64,000 nt of DNA from Octopus sinensis (taxonomy: Eukaryota): positions 25,234,001-25,298,000 of the forward strand of contig NC_043008.1 in assembly GCF_006345805.1 (NCBI RefSeq), given 5' to 3'. This document shows, in pieces, positions 53,511-63,756 of the stretch; position 1 is the stretch's first letter; each line of letters starts with the position of its first letter. Under the pieces are notes generated by a model, which did not search any database, was not told where the DNA came from, and saw only the letters and a program-made list of their open reading frames with translations. A program made the translations under genes and the position numbers.

Positions 53511-53763
53511 AAATGTTCACTATAAAATTATTTTAGCATTTTCTATTTTTTACTTGTTTTTTCATATATATAACATTATATAATTAGGGTTTAGTAAAAT
53601 AAATTACTTTGCCACATACTGAACTTTCTAGAAATAGCAGCCAAAAAAGTTTTTTAGCCATTTCCACTACTTAAAGAAAATTTATCTCAGATAATGTTTA
53701 CTCAAAATAACTCACGAAGGTATGGAGGTAAAAACAGAAAAATATCACAAGTACAAAGATTAT

Positions 53764-53824
53764 TTGAGAACGTTAACGTTTCTAGATTAGCCAAATAAAT
53801 TCAGCATTTCTTTCGTCAGCTCAA
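53764..53824 (-). ncRNA. Hammerhead-like motif, left arm of the palindrome
   Basis: UUGAG-CUGACGA-[30-nt stem II: aga/ucu, gcug/uggc]-GAAA-CGUUAACG-UU-CUCAA. Stem III is the perfect palindrome ACGUUAACGU. The base of stem II is an A/A mismatch. Confidence 0.6.
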
Positions 53825-54053
53825 CATTTCTTATTTTGGATTTGGAAGCACTAAAAAGAAAGAACATACCCTTCGTTGACTTATCACCTCAGATGAACCC
53901 GTTCAGACTGCCAGTGCTAACAAATTCAAAATATGCAAGCGAAGATTCTCTGAATTTGTCGGTACTGGCAGTCTGAACGGGTCATCTGAGGTGATAAGTC
54001 GCCAAAGGGTGTGTTCTTTCTTTTTAGTGCTTCCAAATCCAAAATAAGAAATG

Positions 54054-54114
54054 TTGAGCTGACGAAAGAAATGCTGAATTTATTTGGCTAATCTAGAAAA
54101 GTTAACGTTCTCAA
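54054..54114 (+). ncRNA. Hammerhead-like motif, right arm (C to A at 54100 in stem III)
   Basis: Mirror of 53764-53824. Confidence 0.5.
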
Positions 54115-54422
54115 ATAATCTTTGTACTTGTGATATTTTTCTGTTTTTACCTCCATACCTTCGTGAGTTATTTTGAGTATACATTATCTGAGAGAAATTT
54201 TCTTTAAGTAGTGGAAATGGCTAAAAAACTTTTTTGGCTGCTATTTCTAGAAAGTTCAGTATGTGGCAAAGTAATTTATTTTACTAAGCCCTAATTATAT
54301 AATGTAATATTTTGAATTCACCTTAAATGGTCCTTTTACATACTGAATACTTGGTGAAATTGATTAATAACTAATTAATTTTACCCTCAATTGTTGATAT
54401 ATATATATATATATATATATAT

Positions 54423-54791
54423 GGATGGAAGCACTCCGTCGGTTACAACAACGAGGGTTCTGGTTGATCCGAATCAACGGAACAGCCTGCTCGTGAAATT
54501 AACGTGTAAGTGGCTGAGCACTCCACAGACACGTGTACCCTTAACGTAGTTCTCAGGGATATTCAGCATGACACAGAGAGTGACAAGGCCGGCCCTTTGA
54601 AATGCAGGTACAACAGAAACAGGAAGTAAGAGTGAGAGAAAGTTGTGGTGAAAGAGTACAGCAGGGATCACCACCATCCCGTACCGGAGCCTCGTGGAGC
54701 TTTAGGTGTTTTCGCTCAATAAACACTCACAACGCCCGGTCTGGGAATCAAAACCGCGATCCTATGACCGCGAGTCCGCTGCCCTAACCAC
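54423..54791 (-). mobile_element. tRNA-derived SINE (second family)
   Basis: Minus-strand head gtggttagggcagcggactc...ggttttgattcccagaccggg has A- and B-box-like motifs; flanked by (TA)n. Confidence 0.7.
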
Positions 54792-54792
54792 G

Positions 54793-54793
54793 C

Positions 54794-54860
<67 letters not shown>

Positions 54861-54862
54861 AT

Positions 54863-54900
<38 letters not shown>
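54793..54900. repeat. (TA)n tract flanking the array on the left
   Basis: Directly visible. Confidence 0.95.
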
Positions 54901-54901
<1 letters not shown>

Positions 54902-55022
54902 CAACAATCAAGGAACGGCCATAATAGGCCATTCACCCACTAGAAATAACAGCCAAAGCTTCAACCGCAAATAAAAATCAATTCCGTAAACAGGAGAAAA
55001 TTTAAAAAACATTTACCCTGTA

Positions 55023-55129
55023 ATTTCTTATACGATGCACCGTTTCATCTGCTGTTTAATGGTAAACTAACCTGATTAAATTAAATCAAGCCAATCTTCC
55101 ATAGGCCCTCAGATTCTTCAGTAAGAAAT
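55023..55129 (-). ncRNA. Type I hammerhead ribozyme in array unit 1 (repeated in every unit)
   Basis: Minus strand: AUUUCUUA-CUGAAGA-AUCUG-[58 nt]-CAGAU-GAAA-CGG-UGCA-UCG-UA|UAAGAAAU. Stem I 8 bp, stem II 5 bp, stem III 4 bp, GUA cleavage triplet. Confidence 0.85.
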
Positions 55130-58100
55130 AGCCCAAGTCGGAACAGATATTTTCACGGGGCATTTCCAACCCTGCCAAGGTAATATCTGACCTAAAATTT
55201 TCAAATCATCGCACTCGCGCCAAATTTATCGGCAGCAAATAAATATAAGCCGTCGATTCCATTACGGAATTAACCAGAAAATTCATAATTAATCAATATA
55301 GTGTGCCAAAAAAAAATTTTGTGGAATTTTTTTGCCACCAGCGGCCTAGTGGGAAAAAATTAAATAGTCATAGACCATTTTTAAGTTCAACATCAACAAT
55401 CAAGGAACGGCCATAATAGGCCATTCACCCACTAGAAATAACAGCCAAAGCTTCAACCGCAAATAAAAATCAATTCCGTAAACAGGAGAAAATTTAAAAA
55501 ACATTTACCCTGTAATTTCTTATACGATGCACCGTTTCATCTGCTGTTTAATGGTAAACTAACCTGATTAAATTAAATCAAGCCAATCTTCCATAGGCCC
55601 TCAGATTCTTCAGTAAGAAATAGCCCAAGTCGGAACAGATATTTTCACGAGGCATTTCCAACCCTGCCAAGGTAATATCTGACCTAAAATTTTCAAATCA
55701 TCGCACTCGCGCCAAATGTATCGGCAGCAAATAATATAAGCCGTCGATTCCATTACGGAATTAACCAGAAAATTCATAATTAATCAATATAGGGTGGCAA
55801 AAAAAAATTTTGTAGAATTTTTTTGCCACCAGCGGCCTAGTGGGAAAAAATTAAATAGTCATAGACCATTTTTAAGTTCAACATCAACAATCAAGGAACG
55901 GCCATAATAGGCCATTCACCCACTAGAAATAACAGCCAAAGCTTCAACCGCAAATAAAAATCAATTCCGTAAACAGGAGAAAATTTAAAAAACATTTACC
56001 CTGTAATTTCTTATACGATGCACCGTTTCATCTGCTGTTTAATGGTAAACTAACCTCATTAAATTAAATCAAGCCAATCTCCATAGGCCCTCAGATTCTT
56101 CAGTAAGAAATAGCCCAAGTCGGAACAGATATTTTCACGAGGCATTACCAACCCTGACAAGGTAATATCTGACCTAAAATTTTCAAATCATCGCACTCGC
56201 GCCAATTTATCGGCAGCAAATAAATATAAGCCGTCGATTCCATTACGGAATTAACCAGAAAATTCATAATTAATCAATATAGAGTGCCAAAAAAAAATTT
56301 TGTAGAATTTTTTTGCCACCAGCGGCCTAGTGGGAAAAAATTAAATAGTCATAGACAATTTTTAAGTTCAACATCAACAATCAAGGAACGGCCATAATAG
56401 GCCATTCACCCACTAGAAATAACAGCCAAAGCTTCAACCGCAAATAAAAATCAATTCCGTAAACAGGAGAAAATTTAAAAAAAATTTACCCTGTAATTTC
56501 TTATACGATGCACCGTTTCATCTGCTGTTTAATGGTAAACTAACCTCATTAAATTAAATCAAGCCAATCTTCCATAGGCCCTCAGATTCTTCAGTAAGAA
56601 ATAGCCCAAGTCGGAACAGATATTTTCACGAGGCATTACCAACCCTGCCAAGGTAATATCTGACCTAAAATTTTCAAATCATCGCACTCGCGCCAAATTT
56701 ATCGGCAGCAAATAAATATAAGCCGTCGATTCCATTACGGAATTAACCAGAAAATTCATAATTAATCAATATAGAGTGCCAAAAAAAAATTTTGTAGAAT
56801 TTTTTTGCCACCAGCGGCCTAGTGGGAAAAAATTAAATAGTCATAGACCATTTTTAAGTTCAACATCAACAATCAAGGAACGGCCATAATAGGCGCTTCA
56901 CCCACTAGAAATAACAGCCAAAGCTTCAACCGCAAATAAAAATCAATTCCGTAAACAGGAGAAAATTTAAAAAACATTTACCCTGTAATTTCTTATACGA
57001 TGCACCGTTTCATCTGCTGTTTAATGGTAAACTAACCTGATTAAATTAAATCAAGCCAATCTTCCATAGGCCCTCAGATTCTTCAGTAAGAAATAGCCCA
57101 AGTCGGAACAGATATTTTCACGAGGCATTTCCAACCCTGCCAAGGTAATATCTGACCTAAAATTTTCAAATCATCGCACTCGCGCCAAATTTATCGGCAG
57201 CAAATAAATATAAGCCGTCGATTCCATTACGGAATTAACCAGAAAATTCATAATTAATCAATATAGGGTGGCAAAAAAAAATTTTGTAGAATTTTTTTGC
57301 CACCAGCGGCCTAGTGGGAAAAAATTAAATAGTCATAGACCATTTTTAAGTTCAACATCAACAATCAAGGAACGGCCATAATAGGCCATTCACCCACTAG
57401 AAATAACAGCCAAAGCTTCAACCGCAAATAAAAATCAATTCCGTAAACAGGAGAAAATTTGAAAAACATTTACCCTGTAATTTCTTATACGATGCACCGT
57501 TTCATATCTGTTTAATGGTAAACTAACCTGATTAAATTAAATCAAGCCAATCTTCCATAGGCCCTCAGATTCTTCAGTAAGAAATACCCCAAGTCGGAAC
57601 AGATATTTTCACGAGGCATTTCCAACCTGCCAAGGTAATATCTGACCTAAAATTTTCAAATCATCGCACTCGCGCCAAATTTATCGGCAGCAAATAAAAT
57701 AAGCCGTTGATTCCATTACGGAATTAACCAGAAAATTCATAATTAATCAATATAGGGTGGCAAAAAAAATTTTATAGAATTTTTTTGCCACCAGTGGCCT
57801 AGTGGGAAAAAATTAAATAGTCATAGACCATTTTTAAGTTCAACATCAACAATCAAGGAACGGCCATAATAGGCGCTTCACCCACTAGAATAACAGCCAA
57901 AGCTTCAACCGCAAATAAAAATCAATTCCGTAAACAGGAGAAAATTTAAAAAACATTTACCCTGTAATTTCTTATACGATGCACCGTTTCATCTGCTGTT
58001 TAATGGTAAACTAACCTGATTAAATTAATCAAGCCAATCTTCCATAGGCCCTCAGATTCTTCAGTAAGAAATAGCCCAAGTCGGAACAGATATTTTCACG

Positions 58101-61100
58101 AGGCATTTCCAACCCTGCCAAGGTAATATCTGACCTAAAATTTTCAAATCATCGCACTCGCGCCAAATTTATCGGCAGCAAATAAATATAAGCCGTCGAT
58201 TCCATTACGGAATTAACCAGAAAATTCATAATTAATCAATATAGGGTGGCCAAAAAAAATTTTGTAGAATTTTTTTGCCACCAGCGGCCTAGTGGGAAAA
58301 AATTAAATAGTCATAGACCATTTTTAAGTTCAACATCAACAATCAAGGAACGGCCATAATAGGCCATTCACCACTAGAAATAACAGCCAAAGCTTCAACC
58401 GCAAATAAAAATCAATTCCGTAAACAGGAGAAAATTTAAAAAACATTTACCGGTAATTTCTTATACGATGCACCGTTTCATCTGCTGTTTAATGGTAAAC
58501 TAACCTGATTAAATTAAATCAAGCCAATCTTCCATAGGCCCTCAGATTCTTCGGTAAGAAATAGCCCAAGTCGGAACAGATATTTTCACGAGGCATTTCC
58601 AACCTGCCAAGGTAATATGTGACCTAAAATTTTCAAATCATCGCACTCGCGCAAATTTATCGGCAGCAAATAAATATAAGCCGTCGATTCCATTACGGAA
58701 TTAACCAGAAAATTCATAATTAATCAATATAGGGTGGCAAAAAAAAATTTTGTAGAATTTTTTTGCCACCAGCGGCCTAGTGGCAAAAAATTAAATAGTC
58801 ACAGACCATTTTTAAGTTCAACATCAACAATCAAGGAACGGCCATTCACCCACTAGAAATAACAGCCAAAGATTCAACCGCAAATAAAAATCAATTCCGT
58901 AAACAGGAGAAAATTAAAAAAACATTTACCCTGTAATTTCTTATACGATGCACCGTTTCATCTGCTGTTTAATGGTAAACTAACCTGATTAAATTAAATC
59001 AAGCCAATCTTCCATAGGCCCTCAGATTCTTCAGTAAGAAATAGCCCAAGTCGGAACAGATATTTTCACGAGGCATTTCCAACCCTGCCAAGGTAATATC
59101 TGACCTAAAATTTTCAAATCATCGCACTCGCGCCAAATTTATCGGCAGCAAATAAATATAAGCCGTCGATTCCATTACGGAATTAACCAGAAAATTCATA
59201 ATTAATCAATATAGGGTGGCAAAAAAAAATTTTGTAGAATTTTTTTGCCACCAGCGGCCTAGTGGGAAAAAATTAAATAGTCATAGACCATTTTTAAGTT
59301 CAACATCAACAATCAAGGAACGGCCATAATAGGCCATTCACCCACTAGAAATAACAGCCAAAGCTTCAACCGCAAATAAAAATCAATTCCGTAAACAGGA
59401 GAAAATTTAAAAAACATTTACCCGGTAATTTCTTATACGATGCACCGTTTCATCTGCTGTTTAATGGTAAACTAACCTGATTAAATTAAATCAAGCCAAT
59501 CTTCCATTGGCCCTCAGATTCTTCGGTAAGAAATAGCCCAAGTCGGAACAGATATTTTCACGAGGCATTTCCAACCCTGCCAAGGTAATATGTGACCTAA
59601 AATTTTCAAATCATCGCACTCGCGCCAAATTTATCGGCAGCAAATAAATATAAGCCGTCGATTCCATTACGGAATTAACCAGAAAATTCATAATTAATCA
59701 ATATAGGGTGGCAAAAAAAAATTTTGTAGAATTTTTTTGCCACCAGCGGCCTAGTGGCAAAAAATTAAATAGTCACAGACCATTTTTAAGTTCAACATCA
59801 ACAATCAAGGAACGGCCATTCACCCACTAGAAATAACAGCCAAAGATTCAACCGCAAATAAAAATCAATTCCGTAAACAGGAGAAAATTAAAAAACATTT
59901 ACCCTGTAATTTCTTATACGATGCACCGTTTCATCTGCTGTTTAATGGTAAACTAACCTGATTAAATTAAATCAAGCCAATCTTCCATAGGCCCTCAGAT
60001 TCTTCAGTAAGAAATAGCCCAAGTCGGAACAGATATTTTCACGAGGCATTTCCAACCCTGCCAAGGTAATATCTGACCTAAAATTTTCAAATCATCGCAC
60101 TCGCGCCAAATTTATCGGCAGCAAATAAATATAAGCCGTCGATTCCATTACGGAATTAACCAGAAAATTCATAATTATCAATATAGGGTGCCAAAAAAAA
60201 TTTTGTAGAATTTTTTTGCCACCAGCGGCCTAGTGGGAAAAATTAAATAGTCATAGACCATTTTTAAGTTCAACATCAGCAATCAAGGAACGGCCATAAT
60301 AGGCCATTCACCCACTAGAAATAACAGCCGAAGCTTCCACCGCAAATAAAAATCAATTCCGTAAACAGGAGAAAATTTAAAAAACATTTACCCTGTAATT
60401 TCTTATACGATGCACCGTTTCATCTGCTGTTTAATGGTAAACTAACCTGATTAAATAAATCAAGCCAATCTTCCATAGGCCCTCAGATTCTTCAGTAGAA
60501 TAGCCAAGTCGGAACTATTGTTCACGATGCATTTCCACCCTGCCAAGGTAATATGTGACCTAAAATTTTCAAATCATCGCACTCGCGCCAAATTTATCGG
60601 CAGCAAATAATATAAGCCGTCGATTCCATTACGGAATTAACCAGAATATTCATAATTATCAATATAGGGTGCCACAAAAAATTTTGTAGAATTTTTTTGC
60701 CACCAGGCGGCCTAGTGGTTGAAATTAAATAGTCATAGACCATTTTTAAGTTCAACATCAACAATCAAGAACGGCCATAATAGGCCATTCACCCACTAGA
60801 AATAACAGCCAAAGCTTCAAAACCGCAAATAAAAATCAATTCCGTAAACAGGAGAAAATTTAAAAAACATTTACCCCCTGTAATTTCTTATACGATGCAC
60901 CGTTTCATCTGCTGTTTATGTAATAAGTAAACTACCTGATTAATTAAATTAAATCAAGCCAATCTTCCATTGCCCCTCAGATTCTTCAGTAAGAAATAGC
61001 CCAAGTCAGAACAGATATTTTCACGAGGCATTTCCAACCACCCTGCCAAGGTAAAATCTGACCTAAAATTTTCAAATCATCGCACTCGCGCCAATTTATC

Positions 61101-62576
61101 GGCAGCAAATAAATATAAGCCGTCGATTCCATTACGGAATTAACCAGAAAATTCATAATTAATCAATATAGGGTGGCAAAAAAAATTTTGTAGAATTTTT
61201 TTGCCACCAGCGGCCTAGTGGGAAAAAATTAAATAGTCATAGACCATTTTTAAGTTCAACATCAACAATCAAGGAACGGCCATAATAGGCCATTCACCCA
61301 CTAGAAATAACAGCCAAAGCTTCAACCGCAAATAAAAATCAATTCCGTAAACAGGAGAAAATTTAAAAAACATTTACCCTGTAATTTCTTATACGATGCA
61401 CCGTTTCATCTGCTGTTTAATGGTAAACTAACCTGATTAAATTAAATCAAGCCAATCTTCCATAGGCCCTCAGATTCTTCAGTAAGAAATAGCCCAAGTC
61501 GGAACAGATATTTTCACGAGGCATTTCCAACCCTGCCAAGGTAATATGTGACCTAAAATTTTCAAATCATCGCACTCGCGCCAAATTTATCGGCAGCAAA
61601 TAAATATAAGCCGTCGATTCCATTACGGAATTAACCAGAAAATTCATAATTATGGCCGTTCCTTGATTGTTGATGTTGAACTTAAAAATGGTCTATGACT
61701 ATTTAATTTTTTCCCACTAGACCGCTGGTGGCAAAAAAATTCTACAAAATTTTTTTTTGGCACCCTATATTGATTAATTATGAATTTTCTGGTTAATTCC
61801 GTAATGGAATCGACGGCTTATTTGCTGCCGATAAATTTGGCGCGAGTGCGATGATTTGAAAATTTTAGGTCAGATATTACTTTGGCAGGGTTGGAAATGC
61901 CTCGTGAAATTAAATAGTCATAGACCATTTTTAAGTTCAACATCAACAATCAAGGAACGGCCATAATAGGCCATTCACCCACTAGAAATAACAGCCAAAG
62001 CTTCAACCGCAAATAAAAATCAATTCCGTAAACAGGAGAAAATTTAAAAAACATTTACCCTGTAATTTCTTATACGATGCACCGTTTCATCTGCTGTTTA
62101 ATGGTAAACTAACCTGATTAAATTAAATCAAGCCAATCTTCCATAGGCCCTCAGATTCTTCAGTAAGAAATAGCCCAAGTCGGAACAGATATTTTCACGA
62201 GGCATTTCCAACCCTGCCAAGGTAATATCTGACCTAAAATTTTCAAATCATCGCACTCGCGCCAAATTTATCGGCAGCAAATAAATATAAGCCGTCGATT
62301 CCATTGATTGTTGATGTTGAACTTAAAAATGGTCTATGACTATTTAATTTTTTCCCACTAGGCCGCTGGTGGCAAAAAAATTCTACAAAATTTTTTTTTT
62401 GCACCCTATATTGATTAATTATGAATTTTCTGGTTAATTCCGTAATGGAATCGACGGCTATATTATTTGTTGCTGCCGATAAATTTGCGCGAGTGCGATG
62501 ATTTGAAAATTTTAGGTCACATATTACCTGGCAGGGTTGGAAATGCCTCGTGAAAATATCTGTTCCGACTTGGGCT

Positions 62577-62683
62577 ATTTCTTACTGAAGAATCTGAGGG
62601 CCTATGGAAGATTGGCTTGATTTAATTTAATCAGGTTAGTTTACCATTAAACAGCAGATGAAACGGTGCATCGTATAAGAAAT
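62577..62683 (+). ncRNA. Type I hammerhead, plus-strand copy in the inverted end of the array
   Basis: atttctta ctgaaga atctg...cagat gaaa cggtgcatcg ta taagaaat, read directly on the + strand. Confidence 0.85.
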
Positions 62684-62912
62684 TACAGGGTAAATGTTTT
62701 TTAAATTTTCTCCTGTTTACGGAATTGATTTTTATTTGCGGTTGAAGTTTTGGCTGTTATTTCTAGTGGGTGAATGGCCTATTATGGCCGTTCCTTGATG
62801 TTGATGTTGAACTTAAAAATGGTCTATGACTATTTAATTTTTTCCCACTAGGCCGCTGGTGGCAAAAAAATTCTACAAAACTTTTTTTTGCCACCCTATA
62901 TTGATTAATTAT

Positions 62913-62936
62913 AGATATATATATATATATATACAT

Positions 62937-63019
<83 letters not shown>

Positions 63020-63020
63020 T
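62913..63020. repeat. (TA)n tract flanking the array on the right
   Basis: Directly visible. Confidence 0.95.
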
Positions 63021-63429
63021 AGTTCCTTTTGGTAAAACATTGCACACTGCTATGTTCATTTTCTGTATGCACATTAGCAACTTATTTAATCTTCCATAAA
63101 TTTTTATGGTTAAAACATATATACTGACAGAGAATTAAGTCCAAAATCTGCTGAAATTGAGCCAATCCTTACTGATAAAGCAACAAAAATTGCCAAAACT
63201 GATCGGTCAGTATAGGGAATTCGTGATTGGTGTTTTTGGGATGATTACAGTCCCTGTCAGTGTATATGTATACAAACACATGCTTTGACTACAGCATTAG
63301 AGCATTTTAGCTCTTATTTCTAGCAATGAAGGTGTTTCTAATACTCTAGTCATATTTCATGAGAACTGGAGATTTACCTTTTGGTTAAACATTGTAGACT
63401 GATGTCATACATACATACATACACATATA

Positions 63430-63590
63430 TATATATAGGGAAAATTCACAAAAAACAATAGACAAAGACAGGTAGCATAGACAACAAACAGATGTATTAG
63501 TTTAACATCTCAAGCCTATGCTCTTCTACAGAAAGGAATACAGAAAGAAACAAGGAGAGAAAATAAAGAATGTGTAGTAGCGTGGCTAGT
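63430..63590 (-). mobile_element. PLE pLTR fragment, same family as 37965-38120, hammerhead decayed
   Basis: atatagggaaaattcacaaaaaac...gctcttctacagaaagg matches the 37970-38100 copy. Confidence 0.55.
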
Positions 63591-63594
63591 GATC

Positions 63595-63641
<47 letters not shown>

Positions 63642-63756
63642 CACACACACACACATACATACATACACACACACATACATACATACATACATACATACAT
63701 ACATACATACATACATACATACATTAATATTACTTATAAAAATTATACATGTATCA

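Larger units (their letters stand above)
48977..53571 (+). mobile_element. Near-full-length Penelope-like retroelement with direct pseudo-LTRs (Neptune-like Cys linker)
   Basis: Direct repeats 48977-49252 and 53296-53571 flank an RT-GIY-YIG reading frame. Confidence 0.95.
53573..54305. mobile_element. 733-bp near-perfect palindrome (~355-bp arms, 22-bp spacer) with a hammerhead-like motif in each arm
   Basis: 53573-53928 is the reverse complement of 53951-54305 apart from a few substitutions. Confidence 0.92.
54901..62912 (-). repeat. Tandem array of a ~490-bp hammerhead-encoding monomer (satellite/retrozyme-like)
   Basis: Unit starts at 54901, 55393, 55884, 56374, 56866, 57358, 57846, 58336, 58824, 59306, 59798, 60276, 60758 and 61262 (478-504 bp), then inverted/direct/inverted partial units to 62912. 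Confidence 0.97.

Noticed and set aside
55793-55842. Hairpin followed by CTAG as a Helitron 3' end, making the array Helitron-derived
   Set aside because: The pattern is suggestive, but the array ends do not coincide with it, no 5' TC end is evident, and the complete HHR on the other strand explains the unit better. Not formally excluded.
54901-62912. CRISPR array, rDNA/5S or tRNA/snRNA gene cluster
   Set aside because: There are no unique spacers, whole 490-bp units repeat, and I see no rRNA, tRNA or snRNA sequence or clear A/B boxes.
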